Origin: an uncultured Nitrososphaeraceae archaeon
GTDB lineage: Archaea; Thermoproteota; Nitrososphaeria; Nitrososphaerales; Nitrososphaeraceae
NCBI GenBank assembly: GCA_963779615.1
Contig: CAVZZA010000003.1
Coordinates: 672,001-736,000, forward strand
DNA length: 64,000 nucleotides
Direction: 5' to 3'
Each line of letters starts with the position of its first letter. The first letter of the stretch is position 1. Shown piece after piece: positions 44,335 through 55,922 of this stretch. Under the pieces are notes generated by a model. It saw only the letters and a program-made list of their open reading frames with translations, was not told the origin of the DNA and ran no database searches. Made by a program: the position numbers and the translations under genes.

Positions 44335-46080
44335 TTAGCCCTCCTCACGCCCACTGCCTTCTCTCCATGCGTTCTCCTTTAATGGCAAACTAAAGGTAAA
44401 TTTTGTTCCCCCTATCCCATCATCGTTATTTTCAGCCCAAATTCTGCCCCCGTGAATTTCAACAATACTCTTTGAAATAAACAGTCCTAGGCCGGTTCCC
44501 TTAAATGATTTTGTAGCAAACTTTGAGAATAACTTGGGAGATATTTCGCTGTTTATGCCACTACCGGTATCCTTCACCGTTACAATAACTTCTTTTTTAT
44601 CATCACCATTCTTCTCGACTTTACATGTAACGGATATATCCCCATCTTTTGTAAACTTTATAGCGTTATCCACTAAATTAGAAATAACCTGTGTTGTTCG
44701 CTCCTTGTCGGCCACCACAACAATAGAATTGCCAGCAGCATCATCATCATCATTATGGATTAATTTGACATTGGAATCAGCGGTCTTATTAATTTGATTC
44801 CTATAATCATCAACCACATTAGATATTACTTCATTTAAGTCGAATTGCTCTTTATCCAGTCTTAACGACTGGCTTTCAATTGCCGTTACATCCAATATAT
44901 TGTTTATAAGTCTTTGAAGTCGTTGGGCATTTCGGTATATACCCGTCACTAACTCCTCTTTAATTTCAGGGTGTTTTTTTAAAAGGCCGCTAAATCCCAA
45001 AATAGATTGAGCTGGTGTCCTCAATTCATGCGCTGCAACATTAATAAACTCCTTTTGCATTTTATCGTGAATCCGTAGGTGTTCATACAACTCAGTTTCC
45101 AGCCATAGACTTTCAAATATGGATACATAAGACAATACGCCCGCTGCACTGTTAGAAAAGGTTGATAGCCCTACTGCTTCAACAAAGGTGGGTTTGGAGT
45201 CATCTTTTAACTCCATCACCAAGGAAAGGCTTTTATCGACTATCAAGACGGTAGATTTTGTCGCCGACATCTGCTCTATATGTCGAACGTCAATATTATG
45301 AACAATATCAATAGGCAAAAGGGTTTTATTATCATCATCTTCCAGGTCAGATTGTGGACCGCCACCATTCTCTTTTATATTTCCAATTCCATTTTCAGTA
45401 AAGTTTTTTCTAGGCATTAGGATTCTAACCTTTACGTTGCGTTCTTTTGCGGCTTTTCTAAATGACTGTATTATTCCTAATTTTTTTTGGCGTACAAATG
45501 CATTTAGTGTAGGAAATATAATCATTATTTCTCTTTTAGCACTGTTTACAAGTTCCAGGTAAAGTTCCTTTGACCTATTAGAATTTTGGATGAGATCTAC
45601 GGTATGAGGTTTCAGATCTTCTTCAATTTCTCTTATCCTCCGCTCTGCAGGAATAGATTTATCCCATAACGTTTCAAAAAGAAATCGATGTAGTTCCACA
45701 ATTTCTTTTACATTACTATATACAACCTTAGGTAAAGGTTGTAATTCATGTAAAGTGGAAGTGGCCAAAAATTCTGATTCATTTACTGCATAGTTTCCCT
45801 TCAGTTTATCCAAATGCCGCAGTTCATCCGGACTAATAATCTTCAAGATTTCCTTACAATAGAGAATATTATCTTTAGTGATTTCAGTAATGAGTTTGTA
45901 TTTTATACCCCTGTTAACACAATTAACAAACATATTCCGAATAGGTTCAAGTTGTAATAATACTGACGGGAACTTTGAATCAGCACAAACAAATATCATG
46001 CTTTTAGCATTTGTTGAAAATCGCAATTGCATTCTTGTTGCGTCTTCTATTCCATACAAGACTTCAGTCTTCTCAGACAT
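44335..46080 (-). CDS. Soluble sensor histidine kinase (orphan), paralog of 21759-23657
   Basis: AAHELRTP, NLVDNAIKF, DTGSGI and GTGLGLFI. N-terminal ITEITKDNILYCK...LRHLDKLKGNY domain. No TM segments. Confidence 0.93.
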   Translation of the reverse strand: MSEKTEVLYGIEDATRMQLRFSTNAKSMIFVCADSKFPSVLLQLEPIRNMFVNCVNRGIKYKLITEITKDNILYCKEILKIISPDELRHLDKLKGNYAVNESEFLATSTLHELQPLPKVVYSNVKEIVELHRFLFETLWDKSIPAERRIREIEEDLKPHTVDLIQNSNRSKELYLELVNSAKREIMIIFPTLNAFVRQKKLGIIQSFRKAAKERNVKVRILMPRKNFTENGIGNIKENGGGPQSDLEDDDNKTLLPIDIVHNIDVRHIEQMSATKSTVLIVDKSLSLVMELKDDSKPTFVEAVGLSTFSNSAAGVLSYVSIFESLWLETELYEHLRIHDKMQKEFINVAAHELRTPAQSILGFSGLLKKHPEIKEELVTGIYRNAQRLQRLINNILDVTAIESQSLRLDKEQFDLNEVISNVVDDYRNQINKTADSNVKLIHNDDDDAAGNSIVVVADKERTTQVISNLVDNAIKFTKDGDISVTCKVEKNGDDKKEVIVTVKDTGSGINSEISPKLFSKFATKSFKGTGLGLFISKSIVEIHGGRIWAENNDDGIGGTKFTFSLPLKENAWREGSGREEG

Positions 46081-46741
46081 ATTGGGTAGGGTTGCCAGTA
46101 AAGATCATAGCATCACCTAATATAAAAAACGATAGAAAATAAGGATCTATAATTATCGCCTTTATAATTTATCACTCAAATTCAGGTGAAGAAAATACTG
46201 GATAAAACACGAGATTAATTATTAAACAAAATAATGACTTGTACATATTCTAAAATTATTTAAAAAAATTAGACGCCTTAATTTATATTTAAATTATCAT
46301 CACATGCATATTAACGATATTTGAAAACCAGATTGATTCTGGATTAGCGAATAAACCATCGATAGGGATTGAAATAGACTGAACATATGCGATTAAATTA
46401 TTCAAATGATTACCATAACCTTAGATAAATTATCAGAATATTCTTAAATGCACCATTATTTATAAATAAAAGATTTTAAATATTATAGCATACAGCTTAA
46501 TTATCAGACATATTTAATCCTTTACCAGACACAACTTTCAAATCCTAATAAGGATATTATTATGCTTAAAAGAGGGAACAGGTCAAACTCTTGTCATTTA
46601 GTAAATATATAGAAAATGTAACACCAAATAAAAAGAAGAACAAGTCATTTGAATAGGAATTTGAAATTTATAATTTTATATTAACATAGTTCAAAGTATT
46701 TATAGAATGGAATATGATAACAGCATTAATTCTCTTATAGA

Positions 46742-47398
46742 CTAGGCCTTATCTTCCAATTCCTTTATCCTATTTATAATGTAATTCATACTCGAATAAC
46801 TTGGGACTCTATCCAGTAACTGTTTTAGCTTTTTAAGATAAACCAACTCCTCTCGATCATTTTTTATCAAATAATAAAGACTTATGAGGTTAAAATAATC
46901 AGTTGCCACCTGAAACAAATCGTTTAACTCCTCATCCATCTTTAAAGCCATTTTGGCATAGCTGAGGGCTTCGTCCAGTTCACCCTTATCCTGCAAAATC
47001 TGTCCAATGTTGTTATAACTAACTGCCATCCCAACCTTATCATTCAACTTTGTCTGGATTTCAAGGGCCTTTTTGGAATGGCTGAGGGCTTCGTCCAGTT
47101 CACCCTTATCCTGCAAGATCGTTCCAATGTTGTTATAATCTATAGCCATCCCAACCTTATCATTCAACTTTGCTTGGATTTCAAGGGCCTTTTTGGAATG
47201 GCTGAGGGCTTCGTCCAGTTCACCCTTATCCTTTAAAATCTGTCCAATATTGCTATAATCTCGGGCAATACTACCCTCATCTTTTTTTTCTTCACTTTCT
47301 TTCAGAGACATTCTAGCAGACTTTAGAGAGTTATCCAATTCAGATTTATTCCGAGTAATTCGTCCATTAATATTGTCATCACCAGTCATCCCAATCAT
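46742..47398 (-). CDS. Tetratricopeptide-repeat protein (40-aa TPR units)
   Basis: Repeats of YxNIGxILxDKGELDEALSxxKxAL. Confidence 0.9.
   Translation of the reverse strand: MIGMTGDDNINGRITRNKSELDNSLKSARMSLKESEEKKDEGSIARDYSNIGQILKDKGELDEALSHSKKALEIQAKLNDKVGMAIDYNNIGTILQDKGELDEALSHSKKALEIQTKLNDKVGMAVSYNNIGQILQDKGELDEALSYAKMALKMDEELNDLFQVATDYFNLISLYYLIKNDREELVYLKKLKQLLDRVPSYSSMNYIINRIKELEDKA
46941..47260 (-). repeat. Near-identical 120-bp coding tandem repeat (~2.7 units)
   Basis: GCTGAGGGCTTCGTCCAGTTCACCCTTATC recurs at 46961, 47081 and 47201. Confidence 0.9.
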
Positions 47399-47651
47399 AT
47401 CATTTAACTCTATTATTTATCTGTTAATCTACTTTGGCATGTCGAACATGATGGAAAAATCAAATTTAACACTATTTTGCGATAGGTATTGTACCAGCAG
47501 AGATTTGCGAGCCGCATTCATCATAACAGATATGAATTTTGACAACACAACCAACACGTCATTGTACAAATAGAAAATGTTTTGAAAGTTTACAAATTAA
47601 GCGTAAAAATAGAAAAAATAAATAGATCTTTATAAAGAATGTTAGTGTAAT

Positions 47652-47975
47652 ATGAACATGAGTGAATCATCAGAACAAGGTAACAATAACAAAGATCAAA
47701 AAGCTTCAAACTGGTCAGAAGCAATTTCAAAAATCATAGACAAATTAGTAAGTAAGGACGTCTCGGTAATGTATACATTTGATAATCTTCAGATTGATGT
47801 CCCCCAAGCACGCGGTCCTGGCGGAAAGGAATTAGGAGGCGCCAAATGGGTAGTGGATGGCAAAATAACCATTACCTCAACCTCAGCCACAGGCGCAATC
47901 AACAAAGAGGAACTGACGCGTTCAAACAAGGGAAGTGAGTCATTAACCGATTCATCAAAGTACGTAACCGCCTAG
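47652..47975 (+). CDS. Hypothetical protein
   Basis: 107-aa ATG ORF with TTTATAAA upstream (WSEAISKIIDKL...YTFDNLQIDVP...AKWVVDGKITI). Confidence 0.75.
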   Translation: MNMSESSEQGNNNKDQKASNWSEAISKIIDKLVSKDVSVMYTFDNLQIDVPQARGPGGKELGGAKWVVDGKITITSTSATGAINKEELTRSNKGSESLTDSSKYVTA

Positions 47976-47989
47976 GATAGTGTCCTTTT

Positions 47990-48334
47990 TTGAATATAAG
48001 AGGCAACATACGAATAGATTTTAATGAATCTCCTCTTTTATCCCTAGAATTCAAAGAAGATATAATAATAGATGTTAAAGATACGTCAATCTTTGATTTG
48101 ATTGAGACTGACAGTAAATTAAGTTTTATGGATTTGATCCATGATGCAAGGGATGTTGCGAAACTTTTAAAGGATAATCATTTAACAGCTATTGTAAATA
48201 TAAAAGGAAAAGAGACACTCATTCTCGGCGAGAAAGCCAAACCATCAATTTCACAAATAATAAGTAAAAGCAAAGACATACAGATAAAAAATGTCATAGA
48301 AGCAGCCAAAATTTCAAAAGAAGTTATGGATTAA
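47990..48334 (+). CDS. Hypothetical protein, likely co-transcribed with 47652-47975
   Basis: 114-aa ORF (TTG start) 14 bp downstream of the previous gene. Confidence 0.7.
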   Translation: MNIRGNIRIDFNESPLLSLEFKEDIIIDVKDTSIFDLIETDSKLSFMDLIHDARDVAKLLKDNHLTAIVNIKGKETLILGEKAKPSISQIISKSKDIQIKNVIEAAKISKEVMD

Positions 48335-48627
48335 TTTATTCAATTATTTTTTTATTATAGCACATTATTGATTTGATATGCTTATCAACACATAGCATCT
48401 AATTTATTGCCGGTCAAGTAATTGATAACAAGCATTCTTGAATCAACATAGATTAAAGAACATAATATTTAACACTATTTCCAAAAAAATCCAAAATAAC
48501 ACCAAGTCGATACCATCATAAGGCCAACAAAAATTGTTATCAAACCTCATTACCTAAAATGCACCAATCACATCAAAATTATGAATACAGAACAAAAGGC
48601 CTAAAAAAATCAGAAAGTATAACTATT

Positions 48628-49095
48628 TTAATTTGTTGGAGACATGTACCAAATAATTTTATTTCCAGATGAAATACAGTCTACAGAAACGATTCTCTCC
48701 TCGCTGATTGTTAAAGTAGATTCACAAGAGCCGTTTATACCATCATCAACTATCTTTTCTATTTGTAATTTTAGTGGTGGAGACGGCGATAGACTAACCT
48801 CTTCTAAAAACTCTTCTTTTATTTTTGTCAGGTTGTTACCGACAATAGAGGAGACTATTTTGGTAGAGTTATCAATGTTTCCAATTATTCTTTGCCCGAA
48901 TATCAAAATGTAAGTTTTTTTGTCAGTTGCATTCCCAGGAAAGTTTTTCAATTGCATAGATGAAGCATTACTTTGCGCGCTAGATTGCTGTAATTTATTA
49001 TTTTGAGTTAAAACAGCAACAGACAAAAGTAAAGAAACGCCAATAGACAAAATTATGGTTGATGTTAACTGGACCATATCGAAGATACAATCCAA
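48628..49095 (-). CDS. Secreted/membrane-anchored hypothetical protein
   Basis: Hydrophobic N-terminus (likely start MVQLTS at 49077) and a C-terminal Cys pair. Confidence 0.7.
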   Translation of the reverse strand: MDCIFDMVQLTSTIILSIGVSLLLSVAVLTQNNKLQQSSAQSNASSMQLKNFPGNATDKKTYILIFGQRIIGNIDNSTKIVSSIVGNNLTKIKEEFLEEVSLSPSPPLKLQIEKIVDDGINGSCESTLTISEERIVSVDCISSGNKIIWYMSPTN

Positions 49096-49266
49096 ACACC
49101 AAAATAAAGTTTGACATCATAATTTCAAACCACCATCAAAAAACTATTGTAAATAACAAATAAGAACCCGAGGCGCTTTAATGAAAACACAACTAAAACC
49201 AAACTACAAAAACAGCATATGCTAAGACCTAGTAAATCCATTCCTTTTGTTATCAATACAAAAATT

Positions 49267-49404
49267 GCTTTGTTGCATAACTCAAATTTTCGTGTTTTTT
49301 AGGCGTGCTGGTTTTATTTCCTTAGGAAAGAATAATCGATATTCATATCATCCTGATATGTGCTCTATTGTAAATTGACGAATTTCATAGTTATGCGACA
49401 AAGC
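49267..49404. mobile_element. 138-bp MITE with the IRs of the IS903-like elements at 36319 and 58513
   Basis: GCTTTGTTGCATAAC...GTTATGCGACAAAGC with no coding capacity. The flanks ACAAAAATT and ACAGAAAATT resemble a 9-bp target duplication with one indel. Confidence 0.8.
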
Positions 49405-49479
49405 ACAGAAAATTGAAGAGTCAAATAAAATACCGGATTGTACATATTCTCTAGAATAAGTGTGATTTCAAACATCAAA

Positions 49480-49872
49480 CTAAATACCAGAATCACAAAC
49501 ATCAAAAAATCCTAGTTTGCCCAAATAAGGAATACCTTTATCAAATTTTACAGCATCTTTGATTAAAAAACCATACATACAACCGTTATTCAGAACTTTC
49601 TTCAAGGAATAGTGTTTACCTACATCTAATGCAAATTCGTAATTATTTAGATATTTTTTAATACCATATAAAGACGCCTTGCCTATAATGACCCCTTTGG
49701 TAACTGTATCGACATTTATTTTATAATAATTACAAGATTCAATATCTATAGTTTTTGAGGCATGTATCAAAAAATTCCCTCTATAACTAGTAGACCATTT
49801 TCTTGATTCAATTGTTTTTTTACCGACTGCAAGCAATTCAGCATATGGCTGTTTTAATGATAAACATTTCAT
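49480..49872 (-). CDS. ASCH-domain protein
   Basis: LSLKQPYAELLAVGKKTIESRKW..YRG..LIHAS and the C-terminal GKLGFF. Confidence 0.9.
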   Translation of the reverse strand: MKCLSLKQPYAELLAVGKKTIESRKWSTSYRGNFLIHASKTIDIESCNYYKINVDTVTKGVIIGKASLYGIKKYLNNYEFALDVGKHYSLKKVLNNGCMYGFLIKDAVKFDKGIPYLGKLGFFDVCDSGI

Positions 49873-50213
49873 AAATACTGTTATTTCACAATAAAATAGT
49901 ATTAACGTTACAAACTACCAATAAAAATGATTTATTAAATACATATTTGCTTTAAAATTGCTAACATTACAATGTATATTTCACAATGATTATTTCATAG
50001 ATATGAGTTATAATCATGCTTTAATAAAACTGGATAGAATATTACAAAAATTAAAAAACTGAATACCCCCAATCCATCGAAATGCATGACGTAAAAAAGT
50101 TGATGTCAGACACGCAATAAGAAATAAAAAAAGCGGCATCATTAGAAAATTATTATAGAATAATTATAAAAATAGTTCATATATAAATAATATATTATAT
50201 ATATACAATCGTC

Positions 50214-50528
50214 ATGAGCATATTAACTCTAATAATCGGAATAATTGTTTCAACAATAATTATTTACATCGTTACCAAACTTCTCGGAGAAAAAGAAGGT
50301 ATAAAAACAGCTTTTTTCGCTGCAGTAATTGGCTCGGTAGTATTTGGAGTAATCCACATGTTTACAAGTGGTTTACTAGCTGCAGCTATAGGCGGAATCG
50401 TATGGTTCTTTGCTTTGAAATGGCTCTACAACATGGGCTGGTTAAAAACAATCGTAGTTGCAGTAATACTCTGGATTGTCGCGTCAATAGTTGGAGTAAT
50501 TTTGCCAACAGGAATGGGCCCATTTTAA
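50214..50528 (+). CDS. Small 4-TM membrane protein
   Basis: 104 aa with four hydrophobic helices and Y.MGWLK. Confidence 0.8.
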   Translation: MSILTLIIGIIVSTIIIYIVTKLLGEKEGIKTAFFAAVIGSVVFGVIHMFTSGLLAAAIGGIVWFFALKWLYNMGWLKTIVVAVILWIVASIVGVILPTGMGPF

Positions 50529-51240
50529 AAAGACAATCACCAATTCTTTTTACCGATCAAAAATTTTTTTTTATTTTTTTATTCATTTGTGCCAACAACA
50601 CTTTAATAAAAAGCCCATTAAAAGGCAAACACCATAATCAAAATCAAGTTCACCATTATGAACTATAGAGTTCTCTACACAATTAAGAAAAATCTTCAAA
50701 GTAAGAAAGTAATATCATATTGATATTTGACTGCGATTGTCAGAGTTTGTCGGAACGATTCCCAATTTTATTTAATTTAATAAATTAATGTGTATGTATA
50801 TTTTAAGACCCAAAATAAATCAGATGTGGTCATTAAAAATCTCGAGTTTAGAGCCAATTTAGATACAAACAAGTGTAGAATAACATTAAATATTCACCGA
50901 CTCTGGATGTCATGAATAACAAACAGCCAATAATTTCGTTCTCCACATTATCTAACAGAAAACCAGATTAAATGGTTTTTAAAAAAACAGGTAACAACAT
51001 ACCGCTCAGTACATAGAAAACGCCAACAATAAATAAACAAAATCGTAATTGTAGAGAAATCATGCTCAATACAATATTTGTCAAAAATACAGAATAAAAT
51101 GCCTACTTTTATTAACTAATTTTTGAAAAAGGATTTTTAAATCCTGATGCCATAACATGTCGCAAAATAATAGGGAAATACTTTTCAAGGAAATTTATCA
51201 ATTAAATAAAGGATACAATTTTAATAACATACCCTGCATT

Positions 51241-51879
51241 TTAAATCCGAGGACCTGGCAGATTCCAGCCATATTTTATCGCAAGTAATCTAATAGAAGT
51301 CGCAGAAACCACCCCTCCGATTGCAGCGATAGTAGGATCGACTACCATCAAAAGCAAATAGAAAATTGTTATGCCTATAAAACTTGCTGTGACATACAAT
51401 TCCTTGACAAAAACGATTGGAATTTCATTTACAAACACGTCACGCAATATACCACCCCCTATCGCAGTTAATATTCCCGAAAAAGCCATAATCAAAAAAT
51501 TATGACCAAATAATGTGTAGGCAAAAGTTGCACCTAAGACGGTAAAAACGCCAACCCCTATTGCATCAAATTTTAAGAAAAGATTCCAATGCTTCTTTAG
51601 TCTTGGATAGAGGAAAAAAATTATGATTGCAGTTGAAGTTGTTATCAAAAGATAAACAGGATTGACTATTGAAGTTGGCGGAAACCTTCCAAAGAGAACA
51701 TCACGAATTATCCCCCCACCAAGGCCTGTAATAACCGAGAGGATTATGACCCCGACAATATCTGATTTTTGTTCTATTGCTTTAAATGAGCCCGTCACTG
51801 CAAATGCCATTGTGCCAAAAAAATCTAGCAAATGAATAACCAATGGATAAATAGATAAGGTGGAAGAAAAGTCGTACAT
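51241..51879 (-). CDS. Trimeric intracellular cation channel family protein (UPF0126/YadS-like)
   Basis: Duplicated motifs GLGGGIIRDVL and AIGGGILRDVF, plus FAVTG and DAIG. Confidence 0.92.
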   Translation of the reverse strand: MYDFSSTLSIYPLVIHLLDFFGTMAFAVTGSFKAIEQKSDIVGVIILSVITGLGGGIIRDVLFGRFPPTSIVNPVYLLITTSTAIIIFFLYPRLKKHWNLFLKFDAIGVGVFTVLGATFAYTLFGHNFLIMAFSGILTAIGGGILRDVFVNEIPIVFVKELYVTASFIGITIFYLLLMVVDPTIAAIGGVVSATSIRLLAIKYGWNLPGPRI

Positions 51880-52357
51880 TTGAAATAATTTAACACACCT
51901 AAATATAATCGGAATTATTTTAATGGAGTAGGTTCATCGACACTCAAAAAAATTTGCCGGGCAATTAAAAGTTTTTCAAAAGAAATCAACGCCATCAAAA
52001 CAGATTACCAATTTACCCCCCTAAAAAGTATTTTGTGATTAGTGTTACCAATTGGTTTAATTTACTCGGATAAAACCCGCTTCTAAAGCCCTTGCAAAAA
52101 CAAACAATTATGTAAATGTTTTTTAATTTTTAATTAAAACATGCAGAAAGATAATTCATTACCCTTCTTATGTTACTACAGAAAATCGCTTTATCCCATT
52201 CATTTAGATATATTCCACATAATAACACAATTAGCTCAAATGGAGGAAAATAAAAATATAATGGATTCATTTCACAAATAAAACATATTTTTCCAATCCA
52301 AATAGAAATGACAATCAAAAAGAATCTATAGAGAAAAATATGTTATAGAAATATAGT

Positions 52358-52924
52358 TCATTTTTGGGATATTGCAGGGCTGTTTATAATAACATTTGTT
52401 TTTATAATTTGAATTTCGCCAGTTCTTTGAGCTTGTTCAATGTCCTGCGAGGATTTTAACAGTCTTGCATTTGCAGTATCAATCCATTTTACAAGGTTGA
52501 GCTGAACCAATGGGCTATAGCCCTTATCTCCGGGCAATGCCGTTGCTACAGGCAGTTGAAATCCAAAACCTCCCTCCCCTTTTACTCCGTTAAGAAAGTC
52601 ATATCCTTGTTGAATGTATGATTTCGGAATTGATGCTAAATCCGGTACATAGTTTATTTCATGTCCAAGACTTGCGGTCATAGAGGTAGCAGTTTGATTA
52701 TCCGAAGTATCGGTTGCAATAAACAAACTTATCTCTCCATCCCCATATCCTTTTGAAAAATTAAAGGGAATTGTATCTCTTGTTGTTGCAAAGGCCATTG
52801 AATCAACATCGATAACAAGAAGAAAATACAAAATAGACGTGATAGAAATCATGGTTTTGTATTTATTTGACACCATAGAATAGCAATTCATGCCATAGTT
52901 CTTAAAAATTATCATTTTGCTCAC
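52358..52924 (-). CDS. Secreted protein with thaumarchaeal domain (DUF7482-like)
   Basis: Signal-like segment (the real start is probably downstream of 52924), then IATDTSD, FLNGVKGEGGFGFQ, PGDKGYSPL and IINSP. Confidence 0.7.
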   Translation of the reverse strand: MSKMIIFKNYGMNCYSMVSNKYKTMISITSILYFLLVIDVDSMAFATTRDTIPFNFSKGYGDGEISLFIATDTSDNQTATSMTASLGHEINYVPDLASIPKSYIQQGYDFLNGVKGEGGFGFQLPVATALPGDKGYSPLVQLNLVKWIDTANARLLKSSQDIEQAQRTGEIQIIKTNVIINSPAISQK

Positions 52925-53024
52925 ATATTGAAAAACAAAGCATACAAATTATACGCATTAATTCAATAGAACAGTATTTTTAATTTTGAAAACTCAATAA
53001 AATCAATAGCCACAAAAAACATAA

Positions 53025-54224
53025 TCAAACATATGGGCTACCAAAAACAAGGGATTTAAAGGAGGAGGTCCTGGTGTCGACATTATCTGTGCGTGCGATA
53101 ACATAGCCAGAGCCTTGCTTTAGAGCATCCACGAATCCATCTTTATCTTTAATTCTATCATAAGTTTTTAATTTGGATAAATCTTTCAAAGTCCAATAAG
53201 GAATCAAAACCCCAGAACCATCATCAATAAAAGTTTCTATCATCCTTGTGTCATCACGTGTCAAATAGGTTTTAACCTTTAAATTTACATCCTCTTTATT
53301 AAGTAAATTATTAAAGAACAAGGGATGTCCCTTTTTATCCAAATTATGGAAAATAAAATCATCTCCTGCGAATTGTTTCATTTTGTCAAAATCATATTTT
53401 ACATAGGTTTTATTTGCTCTATACTCCAAAAGATTAGGTTTACTGTCATTAGAAACATCAAACAATACGCCAAAACCTCTTTCTTCATCAGACGCATTGC
53501 TTCCATGACGCCCCGTATTGAATTGTAAAACCATATATGTCTCATTTTGGTATTTACCTTTTGGCTCTTTGAAAAATCCATTGACATTACCCGTCCATAT
53601 AATTTCTTGATTTTTTGCAGAGTCCATATCAGGCATCCCATCGGGTTTTTCTCTCACTATTTTGATACGGGGAGAATTTATATCATGATTCTGGGTTTGG
53701 ATATGTTCTTGAAAATCCATAGCCACTCCAATTTTGTTTTGGGGATTAATAGGATCCACCATCTCATATGAATAGCTTTGATTGAATTTTGTATCGGCTA
53801 TTAAAAGACCGCTCTCATCAAAATTACTTGAATTTAGTTTATCCTCACCTTTGCCTTTATATTTATCAATGGCATTTGACTTACAAACTGTCTTGGATCC
53901 GCTTTCATTTGACAATTGACAGGAATCAATAGGCAAAATTTTTACAAATGGACATGTTTTACTATAATTAATATCGTTACTTTTCATCAATATTGTATTA
54001 TTTTTTTTAGTATAGTTATTCGCCATCATCAAAGACGGATTCTCACTATCACGTAAAGGCAAGCAATTGGATATGTCAGTAGTATTTATTAAAACAAAAG
54101 GTTTTTTCTGCAGGGAATCACCAACAGCATTTTTAAATCCAAAATTTGAAACTACACTTAAAAATATAGAAACAACAAATAAAGTAATTAAACAATTTAA
54201 AAAGGATAACGATGTCAATTTCAT
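53025..54224 (-). CDS. Secreted hypothetical protein
   Basis: 399 aa with a signal peptide, a Cys-containing linker and a beta-rich C-terminal domain. Confidence 0.75.
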   Translation of the reverse strand: MKLTSLSFLNCLITLFVVSIFLSVVSNFGFKNAVGDSLQKKPFVLINTTDISNCLPLRDSENPSLMMANNYTKKNNTILMKSNDINYSKTCPFVKILPIDSCQLSNESGSKTVCKSNAIDKYKGKGEDKLNSSNFDESGLLIADTKFNQSYSYEMVDPINPQNKIGVAMDFQEHIQTQNHDINSPRIKIVREKPDGMPDMDSAKNQEIIWTGNVNGFFKEPKGKYQNETYMVLQFNTGRHGSNASDEERGFGVLFDVSNDSKPNLLEYRANKTYVKYDFDKMKQFAGDDFIFHNLDKKGHPLFFNNLLNKEDVNLKVKTYLTRDDTRMIETFIDDGSGVLIPYWTLKDLSKLKTYDRIKDKDGFVDALKQGSGYVIARTDNVDTRTSSFKSLVFGSPYV

Positions 54225-54868
54225 GGGTATCTAATTATATCAAGTTAAATATTCATATATAAAATAATAATTTAATTATAATAAACAAGTTTTTAAAATT
54301 CGGCAAAAGACCTCCAGCACAGTTGAGGGCATATCAATTAGGATATTTTCTAATACTTATATATAAACTTTATCGGCATTGCGAATGAATTATGTATTGT
54401 AATTTTTATAAATTTTTTATGAAATAGACATGCCACAGATTCGTATAAGAAGTAGGCTCAATCTTAAATTTTATTTTATGATTGTAGACTCTTTTTGTGC
54501 ATATAGGTCTCTTTTAGTTCAGATGGTCATACAAACCAAAACAAGACATTTGTGGTTTCAAATAAAAATGTTTTACAATGCCATTTATAGAATATTATTT
54601 TAATAATTTTTTACATCTCAAACCACCAAATCGCCATATGAAATTTAAATAGATATGTGATTTAACAAATCGCCTAAACAACATTTGCAGTTATCTAAAA
54701 TATTTATTAACAATTACAATTTATGTACAAAATATAAAATTAGTCGATACTACCACCACTATTGGAAAGGGAAAGGTTCAGAGAAAACATCGTAAAAAAG
54801 AGGCCGATATACACAATAAACAAAAAGTGACAAACAATGAAGAAAAAATATAAAAATAATCGTCAATA

Positions 54869-55922
54869 TATGTCTTGCATAATTAGAAGCAGTATTCTCT
54901 GTTCAGCATGGCAATGAATGATGATGTCCATCTAAAAAGGAGATGCTAATATTCTATAGTTTACCAGCCCTGATGCTATTTCAGTTATCCTGGCATAATT
55001 TCTCAACCTGTTTCTGAAGCCTTCGCTCATTATCCTGTAATTTTTCATTCTGCAAATGGTGTGCTCCATCACTATCCTTTTTTTAGAGTGATTCTTGTTG
55101 CACTCTTTTTCCTCATGAGACAGATCTTTTTGGCTTCTATTCTTTCTTTTTTTGGCAAGGACGATATTTGTTCCGGAGAGTCTTTCTCAACCCCAATGTA
55201 TCCAAGGTCAAACACGCTGACAACATGCTTTGGAGCTGCAGGATGGTTCTTTTTATAGATGCCATGGTCATGTCTGTGTCCTTCCTCATGGTTTGTTTTA
55301 TGGATAATAATGCCGCAGTTGTTAACCATGAGCTGTGTCTGTACGGTATGCCTTTTCTTCTTTCAAGAATAGTAATTCTTCTTTCGTCTCTTGTTTTCAG
55401 GTTATGGTATCTGCTGTTCCGTGCAATCGGTGAAAGATAGAAAGCCAGGAGAATGCCTTTCAACCTCTTCTGGTGTGCGCAGCCTTTTGGTTGTTTTGTG
55501 CTTCTTTTGTGGAATTTGCACGCACTTTCTTACCAGCGACTCAATCTTCTGCATATCCCTGCAAATGTTGCTCTGGTCCAAGTCAAGCAAAAAGCCGGCC
55601 TACGTGTAAGTGATGTAAAGGTGGTAACAAGCAAGAAGCACCAGAAACCTGTTTTAACAGCCAGTTTGAAATGCCTGCCTGATGCACCCATGGATCGTTC
55701 CCTACTGTCTTTTCTATTGGACAGCAGCCTGATCTCATGCCTGCCGTGTCTATTCACTAGCTCATTGTCATAAATGTCATCAAACTCCTTAACCGTTAGG
55801 CCAGTGAATGAATTGAAAAGCAGTGGTTTTTTGGACAACCTGTAATACGAGAGCAACGAAAGGACATGAGATTGATAGAATAATGACCATAAAGCTGTTT
55901 AGTGGAAAATATACAAGACATC
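54869..55922 (-). mobile_element. Degenerate IS5-superfamily (DDE_Tnp_4-like) element, copy B
   Basis: IRs ATGTCTTGCATA at about 54870 and TATACAAGACATC ending at 55922. Fragments LSYYRLSKKPLLFNSFTGLTVKEFD, FTDCTEQQIP and FDLGYIGVEKD. Confidence 0.9.

Noticed and set aside
46941-47260. CRISPR or non-coding repeat
   Set aside because: The 120-bp period is in frame and encodes TPR units.
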